A DNA stretch of 51,883 nucleotides from Candidatus Fimenecus sp. (GTDB taxonomy: Bacteria > Bacillota > Clostridia > Oscillospirales > Acutalibacteraceae). The DNA lies in assembly GCA_045611635.1 (NCBI GenBank), contig JAZKXL010000075.1:1-51883 (forward strand), given 5' to 3'. The notes below the pieces were generated by a model. It did not search any database and was not told where the DNA came from. It was given only the letters and a program-made list of their open reading frames with translations. Shown here piece by piece: positions 43,932 through 51,883 of this stretch; positions within the stretch are counted from its first letter, which is position 1, and every line of letters begins with the position of its first letter. The position numbers and the translations under genes are program-made.

Positions 43932-44759
43932 TTAACCTCTTATTATAGCATCTGCCATTTTTGCACCTAAAACGGACTCTTTTACATTGTGTACACGTAT
44001 AAAATCAGTTCCAGCTGAAATAGCCAATGAATTTGCGGAAATTGTGCCAAAAAGTCTATCTCCGTCTTCACTATTTGTTGCAGTTCCTACTACCCTTTTC
44101 AATGACAATGCAGTAAGTAGTGCAACATTATCACGTTTAATTGATTTTATATTTCTAATTGCTTCCAAATTATGCTCATATGTTTTGCCAAAACCAACTC
44201 CAATATCAAGCATAATTCTATTGTGTTGAATTTTAAACTCAGTACATTTTTGGAGTATTTTATCAAAAAAAGTAATAATATCATCAGTTACAGTTGTATT
44301 GTACTCTGGCACAGTCTTTGAATTACCGCCGCCTGTGTGAGTAATAATCCAACCACAATCATACTCAAGTACAAGCTTTGCCATATCTTCGTTGAAATCA
44401 CCACTGACATCATTAATAATTGATGCACCATTTTTTATTGCGTACTCAGCAACTTCAGGATAAAAAGTATCAACCGAGAAAACACAATCAAACTCATTTG
44501 CAAGAAATGGCAAATAACTTTTAATAATATTAAGTTCTTCTTTTGCGCTTAATAAAGTGCTACCTGGTCGTGTGCTTTGAGCACCTATATCAATAATGTC
44601 GGCACCTTGCAAAACCATTTCTCGTACATGTTCTTTCGCTTTTTCAGGCGTATTGTACTTGCCACCATCAGCAAAAGAATCACTTGTAACATTTAAAATA
44701 CCCATTATATAAGTCTTTTTACCTAATTCAAAACTGAAATTATTTCCTGAAAAAATCAT
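43932..44759 (-). CDS. folP: Dihydropteroate synthase
   Basis: 275 aa. [27 protein letters not shown] and a pterin-binding TIM-barrel pattern. Confidence 0.92.
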   Translation of the reverse strand: MIFSGNNFSFELGKKTYIMGILNVTSDSFADGGKYNTPEKAKEHVREMVLQGADIIDIGAQSTRPGSTLLSAKEELNIIKSYLPFLANEFDCVFSVDTFYPEVAEYAIKNGASIINDVSGDFNEDMAKLVLEYDCGWIITHTGGGNSKTVPEYNTTVTDDIITFFDKILQKCTEFKIQHNRIMLDIGVGFGKTYEHNLEAIRNIKSIKRDNVALLTALSLKRVVGTATNSEDGDRLFGTISANSLAISAGTDFIRVHNVKESVLGAKMADAIIRG

Positions 44760-45319
44760 TTTATTCCTAAAAGAGTCATTACTTCTGCTCTTGTTCGTGC
44801 ATCCTTTCTCATCGAACCTCTAAGTGCTGATGTTTGAGTCTTTGAGCCAGCCGCTCTAATCCCGCGCATTGTCATACACAAATGCTCCGCCTCAACAACA
44901 ACTGCAACACCTTTGGGGTTCATTGAATCTTGAATAAAATCCGCAATTTGTGCTGTTAAACGCTCTTGAAGTTGCGGTCTTCTTGCGTATGTATTTACTA
45001 TTCTTGCAAGTTTTGAAAGACCAATTACAAGACCATCATCATTAGGAATATAAGCAATATGTGCTTTACCTACAAATGGTAAGAAATGATGTTCACACAT
45101 TGAATACATTGGAATATCACGAACAATTACAATCTCATCACTTTGCCCTTCACGGAACATTTTAAGATGCTTTTCAGGATCTTCACTGAGTCCTGAAAAG
45201 ATTTCTTCATACATATTTGCAACACGCTTTGGTGTTTCTTGTAACCCTTCGCGGTCAGGGTCTTCACCTATTGCTAATAAAATCTCGCGAAAAGCATTTT
45301 CAATTCTTTGCTTGTCCAT
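44756..45319 (-). CDS. folE: GTP cyclohydrolase I
   Basis: 187 aa with motifs [10 protein letters not shown] and [10 protein letters not shown]. 4-nt overlap with folP. Confidence 0.93.
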   Translation of the reverse strand: MDKQRIENAFREILLAIGEDPDREGLQETPKRVANMYEEIFSGLSEDPEKHLKMFREGQSDEIVIVRDIPMYSMCEHHFLPFVGKAHIAYIPNDDGLVIGLSKLARIVNTYARRPQLQERLTAQIADFIQDSMNPKGVAVVVEAEHLCMTMRGIRAAGSKTQTSALRGSMRKDARTRAEVMTLLGIK

Positions 45320-45323
45320 TTAA

Positions 45324-46490
45324 TCAACCCTCTTTAAAGTTAATTCTTAAATAATAATAATTATCAACAGTTGCATAAGTTATTTCATTCTTATTAAGAT
45401 TACGTCCACTTTTATTTACTGAATTTTGAACGTAATTAAAGAATTTTGTTTGATTACTAATTTCTGATAATGCGCGTTTATAATCACTGCCGTTTTCAAA
45501 TAAAAACTCAACCTCATTTTTACCGGTTGAAAGCACATTTACTGTTGCATCAACCAAACTGTTAAACCCAGTAAAAGTTTTCACATAGGTATTCATTTGT
45601 GCAAAATAATTTGCGCCATTGTACATACAACCTGTATTTTGAATAGAAAAATCCGTGTGAGTTTTCATAATGTATGTGTCAGGTACATTGAAATAGAAAT
45701 AACCTTGAGAATCAGTAAAAGCACCATCATTCCAAGTAGGGTCAAGGTGATAGTTGCAACCATCTATTTCAACAATATTCCACATATGTGCTTCATACCC
45801 ATTATCACCTAAAGCTTTGCCTCTAATTAAATAATTTCTAATTCCAACTTCATCAAGTAACAATTGCATTGCGCGAGCATAGCCCTCACAAACAGTTCTG
45901 CCATCAAGCAATGAACCATGAGCACTTTGGCCTGTTGTTCCTATCGTTGATATGTCATATATCGTATTATCACAAATATAGTCATGTAAATAAAGTTCTT
46001 TTTCAAAATCCGTTGCTAGTTCCGGCATTCCCGAAATAATACTTTCAATTTTATTTTCCAAATTTATTAGCACGTTATTTATTTCATCTTCATCAAATCT
46101 ATACTCATAAACAATTTCAACATACTCTTCAGTAACAGTATAAGTATAATTACCCGTTAACCAAAACAACTTTGAATTATCATCAATAACCGCATCAACA
46201 ACTGTACGCAACTCTGCTTCAGAGAGTTTAACTTTGCAACTTTCATCATAATCAAATGCCGTGCAATATATTGCTACATATGCCTTTTTTTGTTCTTCAG
46301 TTAAATTATGATAGTAAAAATAGGTCTTACTTGAAAGTTCGTTTTGAAAATTTCGATACTCTTCAATTGTATATTGATCTGAATCAACAAAAACATTTGA
46401 GTTTAATTTACTAAATATATTGGGTACAAAATTATAAATAACAATTATTAAACATATAACAGCAATAACTTTATATAGTATTTTTTTCAT
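45324..46490 (-). CDS. Membrane-anchored transglutaminase-like (papain-fold Cys-His-Asp) protein
   Basis: 388 aa. N-terminal TM helix. Core GRTVCEGYARAMQLL ... AHMWNIVEIDG ... HLDPTWND. Its stop lies 4 nt upstream of the folE start. Confidence 0.72.
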   Translation of the reverse strand: MKKILYKVIAVICLIIVIYNFVPNIFSKLNSNVFVDSDQYTIEEYRNFQNELSSKTYFYYHNLTEEQKKAYVAIYCTAFDYDESCKVKLSEAELRTVVDAVIDDNSKLFWLTGNYTYTVTEEYVEIVYEYRFDEDEINNVLINLENKIESIISGMPELATDFEKELYLHDYICDNTIYDISTIGTTGQSAHGSLLDGRTVCEGYARAMQLLLDEVGIRNYLIRGKALGDNGYEAHMWNIVEIDGCNYHLDPTWNDGAFTDSQGYFYFNVPDTYIMKTHTDFSIQNTGCMYNGANYFAQMNTYVKTFTGFNSLVDATVNVLSTGKNEVEFLFENGSDYKRALSEISNQTKFFNYVQNSVNKSGRNLNKNEITYATVDNYYYLRINFKEG

Positions 46491-46496
46491 TACTTA

Positions 46497-47330
46497 TTAT
46501 TCCCCCATGATAACAGGATAAAACTTATCGCTTGCTTTGCAATAGATTTCAAGCTTTTCAATAGATTTAGAGTAATCAACAACTGAAATATCGGTATCAC
46601 ACAAATTCACGAATAAAGTAAAAAGTTTTTCCGAATCCGAAACATACTTTTCAACAAGCACTGACTTAATAATATCACAAATAACGCTCTCACGAGTTAT
46701 ATTATCACTAATTTGCAAATACTTGTATGTTAAATCGGAAGAGATATCTTGAACACCTTTTGAAAGGTTTAGGTTAAAATTATGAGACTTATATTCAACA
46801 TCATTTTTTACATTAATTGAAAATCCATCAAAAAGAGATAAAGCATCTTCAAACTGACCATCATTAAAAATAACATATTTATCAATTAATATGCCAAATT
46901 CATCTAAAACTATAGTTTTAATCCCCGTCTCAAAATTTGACTCATAAATACTACTCAAATTTAATTCTTTGTTTTGATAATTAAAACTCTCGCTACCATC
47001 TATACACTTAACCGACATTGTTTTATTGTTAAAATCAGTTGCTACAAAAAAAGCAAAATCTAAACCTTTATCATTTTCAACCATAAAAAGTATATTTGAT
47101 TTTCCAGTAAGTTCACTAATTGAATACTGTTTTTCAGTTTCTTCTATAGGGGTAGTAGTTGTTGTTGATTGATTGTCAACAAGATTTGAAAAATCATAGT
47201 CAAGTGAGTTCATAAGCAAAGCTACTGAACCTACTGCAAGAACTAAAATAAATGCGGAAAACGAAATTATAAAATATTTAATTATAGTTTTTTTTGTTTT
47301 ATTTTCAGAAAATATGTTTTTGCTTTTCAT
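46497..47330 (-). CDS. Membrane-anchored protein, possibly a divergent LytR-CpsA-Psr (LCP) fold
   Basis: 277 aa. N-terminal TM helix and Thr-rich linker. NILFMVEND...LDFAFFV and GILIDKYVIFNDGQFEDALSLFDGFSINV resemble LCP blocks by eye. The canonical Arg residues appear to be missing. Confidence 0.4.
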   Translation of the reverse strand: MKSKNIFSENKTKKTIIKYFIISFSAFILVLAVGSVALLMNSLDYDFSNLVDNQSTTTTTPIEETEKQYSISELTGKSNILFMVENDKGLDFAFFVATDFNNKTMSVKCIDGSESFNYQNKELNLSSIYESNFETGIKTIVLDEFGILIDKYVIFNDGQFEDALSLFDGFSINVKNDVEYKSHNFNLNLSKGVQDISSDLTYKYLQISDNITRESVICDIIKSVLVEKYVSDSEKLFTLFVNLCDTDISVVDYSKSIEKLEIYCKASDKFYPVIMGE

Positions 47331-47359
47331 ATCTACACCAATTAATCTATATTTAATTT

Positions 47360-47388
47360 ATTATAACACAAAAAATAAATTTAAACAA
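47360..47388 (-). promoter_or_regulatory. Candidate sigma-A promoter for the LCP-like/transglutaminase-like/folEPBK operon
   Basis: Minus strand reads TTGTTT (47383-47388), 17 nt, TATAAT (47360-47365), with a TGT extended -10. Confidence 0.55.
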
Positions 47389-47395
47389 TAAAATA

Positions 47396-47426
47396 CAAAA
47401 AAATAAGAGCTTTTATAGCCCTTATT
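47396..47426 (-). terminator. Terminator overlapping the stop codon of the sugar-transferase gene
   Basis: Minus-strand AATAAGGGC pairs with GCTCTTATT (one G-U pair) across 47402-47426. It is followed by a U-tract from the A-run at 47397-47403. Confidence 0.6.
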
Positions 47427-48792
47427 TTTCAGTAAAATGATATTTATTTTTTTGTTTTGAAAATGCCTTTGTACTGTCGCCTGCTCTAAGTAAAACTGTA
47501 ACAGTTTGCATTATTAACTTAAAGTCTAGCCACAAACTATACTTTTCAATATATATAAGGTCAAGCACAAGTTTATCTTTAGGTGAAGTATTATATTTAC
47601 CTGCAATTTGAGCGTATCCTGTAAGCCCGCCCTTAACTCGTAATCTATATGAAAATTCAGGTAATTCTTGCGTATATTTATCCACATTCTCAACCATTTC
47701 TGGTCTAGGGCCAACAACGCTCATTTCACCCTTAAGAATGTTAATAAGTTGTGGTAATTCATCAATACGGAATTTTCTAAGAAAACTACCAATTTTAGTA
47801 ATTCTATCATCATCAGATGTTACGGAACGATTTTCAGCATTTTCTTCTCTCATCGTGCGGAATTTATAAACATTAAAAAGTTCTCCACCTTTAGTTGCTC
47901 GTAATTGTCTGAAGAAAACGCTACCGCCATCCTCTGATTTTATAAGTGCCGCACAAACAAGCATTATAGGGCCACAAACAACAAGACCAACAATGGAAAT
48001 TACTATATCCATTAATCTTTTAACAAATTTTTGTTCAAAAGTTAAATCGCGCACAACTGCAGATACTAATGGTTTATCATCAAGAAGTACAGGTTTAGCA
48101 CCAAGCATTACAACGTCATCCATTTCAAAGTTGTAATATATATTCTTGTTTTTCGCATAGCAATATTCACTTAACATTGTTCTTTCATTTTGAGGAACAT
48201 CATATAAGAAGATTGAGTCACACTCATTAATATAATCAAAAACATTTTTTGAAGTGTAACGAATCATATGAACAATTTTGTACTGTTTTTTATATTTTCT
48301 AACTTTAGGTACTATGTTATTAAGTGATTCTTCTGAACTTGTAATAATGCAACATTTTTCAGGTGGGTTTATTGTAAAGTAAACATGATTACCAAAATAA
48401 GCAAAGAATATAATCAAAAATCCCTGAATCAACATTACAAGAAGTAAAAGATGTGGAGATTCATATACAAAATACTCATTGTTATTTTCATTAACATTCA
48501 TAATACAAAGTTGCAAGTGAGTAACAAAGTCAGTAACGAATGTTGCAATTGCCAAAGACATAACTATGGGCTTACTTTTAAGTCTACCTATTGCATATCC
48601 ACCATAAATAGACACAAGTGCTGCCTCAACGAAGCAAAATGTAACAAAAGTAACACCAGTAGTTCTTGAAAGATTGATAATCCACTCATACTTTGTTGCA
48701 AAAATCAAGAAAAATGTTGCTATTAAGGAAATATACAATGTCGCTTTCAAACCGAAAACTATAGATTTTTGAAATTTGTATAATATATTCAT
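47422..48792 (-). CDS. Polyprenyl-phosphate sugar-phosphate transferase (WbaP/EpsL-type initiating glycosyltransferase)
   Basis: N-terminal polytopic region and C-terminal bacterial sugar-transferase domain (FRIDELPQLINILKGEMSVVGPRP). The ORF-track start at 48804 is TTG within a GGAGG ribosome-binding site. ATG 48792 is preferred. Confidence 0.85.
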   Translation of the reverse strand: MNILYKFQKSIVFGLKATLYISLIATFFLIFATKYEWIINLSRTTGVTFVTFCFVEAALVSIYGGYAIGRLKSKPIVMSLAIATFVTDFVTHLQLCIMNVNENNNEYFVYESPHLLLLVMLIQGFLIIFFAYFGNHVYFTINPPEKCCIITSSEESLNNIVPKVRKYKKQYKIVHMIRYTSKNVFDYINECDSIFLYDVPQNERTMLSEYCYAKNKNIYYNFEMDDVVMLGAKPVLLDDKPLVSAVVRDLTFEQKFVKRLMDIVISIVGLVVCGPIMLVCAALIKSEDGGSVFFRQLRATKGGELFNVYKFRTMREENAENRSVTSDDDRITKIGSFLRKFRIDELPQLINILKGEMSVVGPRPEMVENVDKYTQELPEFSYRLRVKGGLTGYAQIAGKYNTSPKDKLVLDLIYIEKYSLWLDFKLIMQTVTVLLRAGDSTKAFSKQKNKYHFTEK

Positions 48793-48907
48793 ATATTCCT
48801 CCAAAAAAGGACAAATAAACTTAATTACACAATAATACTACTGTATAGTGACCTTTTTGTCAATGAAATGCTATAAACTGTAATTAAAGTGTTATTTTTT
48901 GTTGATT

Positions 48908-49798
48908 TTATTTGGCTTTTTTACGAAATGAGTCAAAATTTAGTTGAGATAAAATAATACCTATAAATATGAGAATACAGCCAATATATCCTCTACCACT
49001 CATAATCTCATTAAGGATTATTGCCCCACCTACTGCACTAAATACCGATTCAGTTGAAAAAACAATTGATGCAAAAGTTGGGTCAGCATCTTTTTGACCT
49101 AAAATTTGACAAGTATATGCAACACCTACTGACATTAAACCACCGTAAAGTATTGGTATGCCCGCACTCTTAATTGCTTCAAATTCAATAGTCTCAGTAA
49201 AAAGTGCAAATATAAGGCTAAGAACGCCACAAACCACAAACTGTATCATACTAAATTTTAAAGGGCTTATATCTTTAACATACTTGTCAACAACTAAAAT
49301 ATGTGCCGCCCAAAAAAATGCACCTATTATAAGAACAATATCACCTTTACCAACGCTTAACTCATCACCCGTCATGCAAAGAAAAAATAGCCCTACAAGT
49401 GCAGATATTGCACCAAAAAAAGTGAAAATGCTTGTTTTTTTGCCGCCAAAAAATCTAATAATTGGCACTAAAACTATGTAAAGACCTGTTAGAAACCCAG
49501 CTTTGCCAGCACTATTTGTCCATTCTACGCCTAGCTGTTGAAGCGTTGAAGCAATAAACAATATTACTCCAGCCATTAAACCTGGTATAAGTGTTTTTAG
49601 AAATTTTGTTTTATCAATTTTTTCTCTCTCAAAAATCAATATTACTGGAATTAGCGACAATGCACCAAGCAAGAAACGTATTCCATTAAAAGTAAATGCA
49701 CCAACATATTCAGCGCCAACTCGTTGTGCAACAAAAGCAAAGCCCCAAATGATGGCTGTTAGAAAAAGTAATATTGTTGATTTAATTTTAACTTTCAT
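48908..49798 (-). CDS. DMT-superfamily (EamA-type) transporter
   Basis: 296 aa, about 10 TM helices arranged as two EamA-like halves. AAGGTGA ribosome-binding site. Confidence 0.8.
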   Translation of the reverse strand: MKVKIKSTILLFLTAIIWGFAFVAQRVGAEYVGAFTFNGIRFLLGALSLIPVILIFEREKIDKTKFLKTLIPGLMAGVILFIASTLQQLGVEWTNSAGKAGFLTGLYIVLVPIIRFFGGKKTSIFTFFGAISALVGLFFLCMTGDELSVGKGDIVLIIGAFFWAAHILVVDKYVKDISPLKFSMIQFVVCGVLSLIFALFTETIEFEAIKSAGIPILYGGLMSVGVAYTCQILGQKDADPTFASIVFSTESVFSAVGGAIILNEIMSGRGYIGCILIFIGIILSQLNFDSFRKKAK

Positions 49799-49814
49799 AT
49801 TTCACCTTAATACA

Positions 49815-49843
49815 TTAAGCCACAGCATAAAACTGTGGCTTAA
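49815..49843 (-). terminator. Hairpin after clpX (weak U-tract)
   Basis: TTAAGCCACAG (49815-49825) pairs with CTGTGGCTTAA (49833-49843). The minus strand then reads AUGUAUUAAGG. Confidence 0.45.
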
Positions 49844-49848
49844 TTTAG

Positions 49849-51159
49849 CTATATTGCTTTTTTCTTATTATTTTTTACTACATTTTTTGATGTAAGAACG
49901 TTGGGCTTTTTATTCTCATCGCGAATAATCTCAGGCGCAACACCATCAACAACGCAATCACGAGTAATAATCACTTTTGCGATTGTATGTTCAGATGGTG
50001 TATCATACATAATTGGCATTAAAACACCTTCCATAATACCACGAAGACCACGAGCGCCAGTTTTCTTTTCAAGAGTCTTTTCAGCAATTGCAACAAGTGC
50101 ATCATCAGTAAACTCTAATTCAACATCATCCATATCAAAAAGCGCTTTAAATTGCTTTAAAAGAGCATTTTTAGGTTCAGAAAGAATCTTAATCAAATCT
50201 TCTTTAGAAAGCTGTTGTAAAGCAGTTATTACAGGAACACGGCCTACAAGTTCTGGAATAAGACCAAACTTAACCAAATCCTGTGCAATAACTTTTGAAT
50301 AAATATCTTCAAGTTCAAATTCAGATTTATTCTTGATTTCAGCACCAAATCCAAGAGCAGAGTTACCCGTACGCTTCTCTATAATTTTTTCAATACCGTC
50401 AAAAGCACCGCCACAAATGAAAAGAATATTAGATGTGTCAATTTGAATAAATTCTTGTTGTGGATGCTTTCGACCACCTTGTGGTGGAACATTAGCAACA
50501 GTACCTTCAAGGATTTTAAGAAGAGCTTGTTGAACACCTTCACCACTTACATCACGAGTAATTGATGGATTTTCACTTTTACGAGCAATCTTATCAATTT
50601 CATCAACATAAATAATGCCACGCTCTGCTTTTTCAATATCATAATCAGCAGCTTGAATAAGACGTAAAAGAATATTTTCAACGTCCTCACCAACATAACC
50701 AGCTTCAGTTAAAGTTGTAGCATCTGCAATGGCAAATGGTACATCAATAATCTTTGCAAGTGTTTGAGCGAGAACAGTTTTTCCAACGCCAGTAGGTCCT
50801 AAAAGAACTACATTACTCTTTTGAATTTCAACACCACTGTCAGCATTATGATATATTCTTTTGTAGTGATTATAAACGGAAACGCTAAGAACTTTTTTTG
50901 CTGCATCTTGCCCAACAACATATTCATCAAGCGCCGCTTTAATTTCGTGTGGTTTTGGAAGAACCTTTTCTTCAAGTTTAACTTTCTTGCCACCTCTATT
51001 GGGGCTAACATCATCCTCGCCAATTATACCCATGCAAAGCTCAATACATTCGTCACAAATATAAACACCAGGACCTGCGATAAGTTTTTCAACTTGTTCT
51101 TGTGTTTTTCCGCAGAAAGAACATCTTACATTTCTTTCTTTATCGTTTTCTCTAGCCAT
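49849..51159 (-). CDS. clpX: ATP-dependent Clp protease ATP-binding subunit ClpX
   Basis: 436 aa. N-terminal zinc ribbon CSFCGK...CDEC, Walker A GPTGVGKT, Walker [10 protein letters not shown], and an IGF-type loop sequence (LGFG). Confidence 0.96.
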   Translation of the reverse strand: MARENDKERNVRCSFCGKTQEQVEKLIAGPGVYICDECIELCMGIIGEDDVSPNRGGKKVKLEEKVLPKPHEIKAALDEYVVGQDAAKKVLSVSVYNHYKRIYHNADSGVEIQKSNVVLLGPTGVGKTVLAQTLAKIIDVPFAIADATTLTEAGYVGEDVENILLRLIQAADYDIEKAERGIIYVDEIDKIARKSENPSITRDVSGEGVQQALLKILEGTVANVPPQGGRKHPQQEFIQIDTSNILFICGGAFDGIEKIIEKRTGNSALGFGAEIKNKSEFELEDIYSKVIAQDLVKFGLIPELVGRVPVITALQQLSKEDLIKILSEPKNALLKQFKALFDMDDVELEFTDDALVAIAEKTLEKKTGARGLRGIMEGVLMPIMYDTPSEHTIAKVIITRDCVVDGVAPEIIRDENKKPNVLTSKNVVKNNKKKAI

Positions 51160-51170
51160 AAATTAGCTCC

Positions 51171-51752
51171 TTATCTCTTATAGAAAACTTTATCTACAAT
51201 ACCATAATCCATTGCTTCTTGAGCTGAAAGCCAGTTATCACGCTCAGTATCAAGTGCGATTTGTTCAATTGGCTTACCTGTATTTTCAGCAAGGATTTTA
51301 TTGAGTTTTTCACGAGTTCTAAGAATGTGCTCAGCAGCAATTTTAATATCAGTTGCTTGACCTTGAGCACCACCTAATGGCTGATGAATCATAATTTCAC
51401 TGTTTGGAAGAGCATATCTTTTGCCCTTTGCACCTGATGATAAAAGGAATGCACCCATGCTTGCAGCCATACCCATACAAATTGTAGATACATCACACTT
51501 GATATACTGCATCGTATCATAAATTGCAAGGCCTGCTGAAACTGAGCCACCAGGACTGTTAATATAAAGTGAAATATCTTTTTCGCTATCCTGTCCCTCA
51601 AGGTAAAGCAATTGTGCAACAACTAATGATGCAGTTGCATCATTAACTTCATCAGACAAAACGATAATTCTATCATTTAAGAGTCTTGAAAAAATATCGT
51701 ATTGTCTTTCACCCCTGTTTGTTTGTTCAACAACATATGGTACAAGTGCCAT
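51171..51752 (-). CDS. clpP: ATP-dependent Clp protease proteolytic subunit
   Basis: Catalytic-serine context [11 protein letters not shown] and catalytic-histidine context IMIHQP. The ORF-track start at 51773 is TTG. ATG 51752 ([11 protein letters not shown]) lies 10 nt downstream of GGAGG. Confidence 0.95.
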   Translation of the reverse strand: MALVPYVVEQTNRGERQYDIFSRLLNDRIIVLSDEVNDATASLVVAQLLYLEGQDSEKDISLYINSPGGSVSAGLAIYDTMQYIKCDVSTICMGMAASMGAFLLSSGAKGKRYALPNSEIMIHQPLGGAQGQATDIKIAAEHILRTREKLNKILAENTGKPIEQIALDTERDNWLSAQEAMDYGIVDKVFYKR

Positions 51753-51791
51753 AATAATATAACCTCCATTCAAAACTTATGAAAAGCATTA

Positions 51792-51823
51792 AAGAATTGC
51801 CCTATAATTATTGGACAATTCTT
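51792..51823 (-). terminator. Hairpin between the tig 3' end and clpP
   Basis: AAGAATTG (51792-51799) pairs with CAATTCTT (51816-51823), plus two inner G-C pairs. The minus strand continues UAAUGCUUUU. Confidence 0.35.
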
Positions 51824-51848
51824 CAACACTTAAACTAATATTTTTTAA

Positions 51849-51883
51849 TTATTCAGCATCTGCTGCTTTTTTAGTTGTCTTCT
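51849..51883 (-). CDS. tig: 3' end of an upstream gene, probably trigger factor (only the last 11 codons are visible)
   Basis: Reads ...KTTKKAADAE-stop on the minus strand. The trigger-factor assignment rests only on the conserved tig-clpP-clpX order. Confidence 0.3.
   Translation of the reverse strand, partial: KTTKKAADAE

Noticed and set aside
39629-49848. The 10-kb block between lon and clpX as a mobile genomic island or defence island.
   Set aside because: Its content is core metabolism and envelope biosynthesis (serCA, folEPBK, sugar transferase, DMT). It has no mobility genes, boundary repeats or obvious compositional shift by eye. It is kept only as a synteny observation.
51753-51848. 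CtsR (GGTCAAA-N3-GGTCAAA) or CIRCE (TTAGCACTC-N9-GAGTGCTAA) operators upstream of clpP, and likewise upstream of lon (39629-39790).
   Set aside because: Neither consensus occurs on either strand. Only a partial TTAGCA near 39700 was seen, without its inverted partner.
1-51883. CRISPR arrays, tandem repeats, IS elements, prophage, toxin-antitoxin pairs and known defence systems anywhere in the window.
   Set aside because: No regularly spaced direct repeats were visible and no cas, transposase, integrase or phage-structural ORFs are present. Intergenic regions are short (at most about 260 bp) and are explained by promoters and terminators.

Overview
AT-rich 51.9-kb chromosomal segment from a low-GC, spore-forming Firmicute, most likely class Clostridia since spoIVB is present. 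I call about 47 protein genes and one tRNA, and almost all are recognisable housekeeping or transport functions. In window order: (1) a glycogen/maltodextrin locus (glgP, malQ, sugar ABC transporter); (2) an ABC-F ATPase; (3) a Y-family DNA polymerase behind a consensus promoter with an embedded SOS box; (4) a ZIP metal transporter; (5) a small TetR cassette with two membrane proteins; (6) a lone tRNA-Pro(GGG); (7) three exported or membrane proteins (EEP nuclease/phosphatase, membrane M28 peptidase, orphan lipoprotein); (8) the LivJHMGF branched-chain amino-acid transporter; (9) an ispE cluster; (10) the uncharacterised ACT(UPF0237)/UPF0210 pair; (11) spoIVB; (12) aroK-pfkA-dnaE-lysA-engB-lon; (13) serCA; (14) an exonuclease/zinc-ribbon fusion; (15) a folEPBK operon fused to two envelope-type genes; (16) a sugar-phosphate transferase and a DMT transporter; (17) clpX-clpP and the tail of tig. 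I found no CRISPR array, IS element, integrase, phage gene, toxin-antitoxin pair or recognisable defence system. I cannot honestly point to a compelling novel multi-gene system. The best leads are small. The main ones are a promoter/uORF/terminator leader in front of the ABC-F gene, the TetR cassette with its palindrome, and the fol operon fused to a transglutaminase-like gene and a degenerate LCP-like gene. Others are repeat motifs in the lon/serC divergent region, the UPF0237/UPF0210 module, and a 10-kb interruption of the tig-clpP-clpX-lon-engB arrangement. All coordinates and motifs were read by eye from the sequence and ORF track. No database search or folding program was run.
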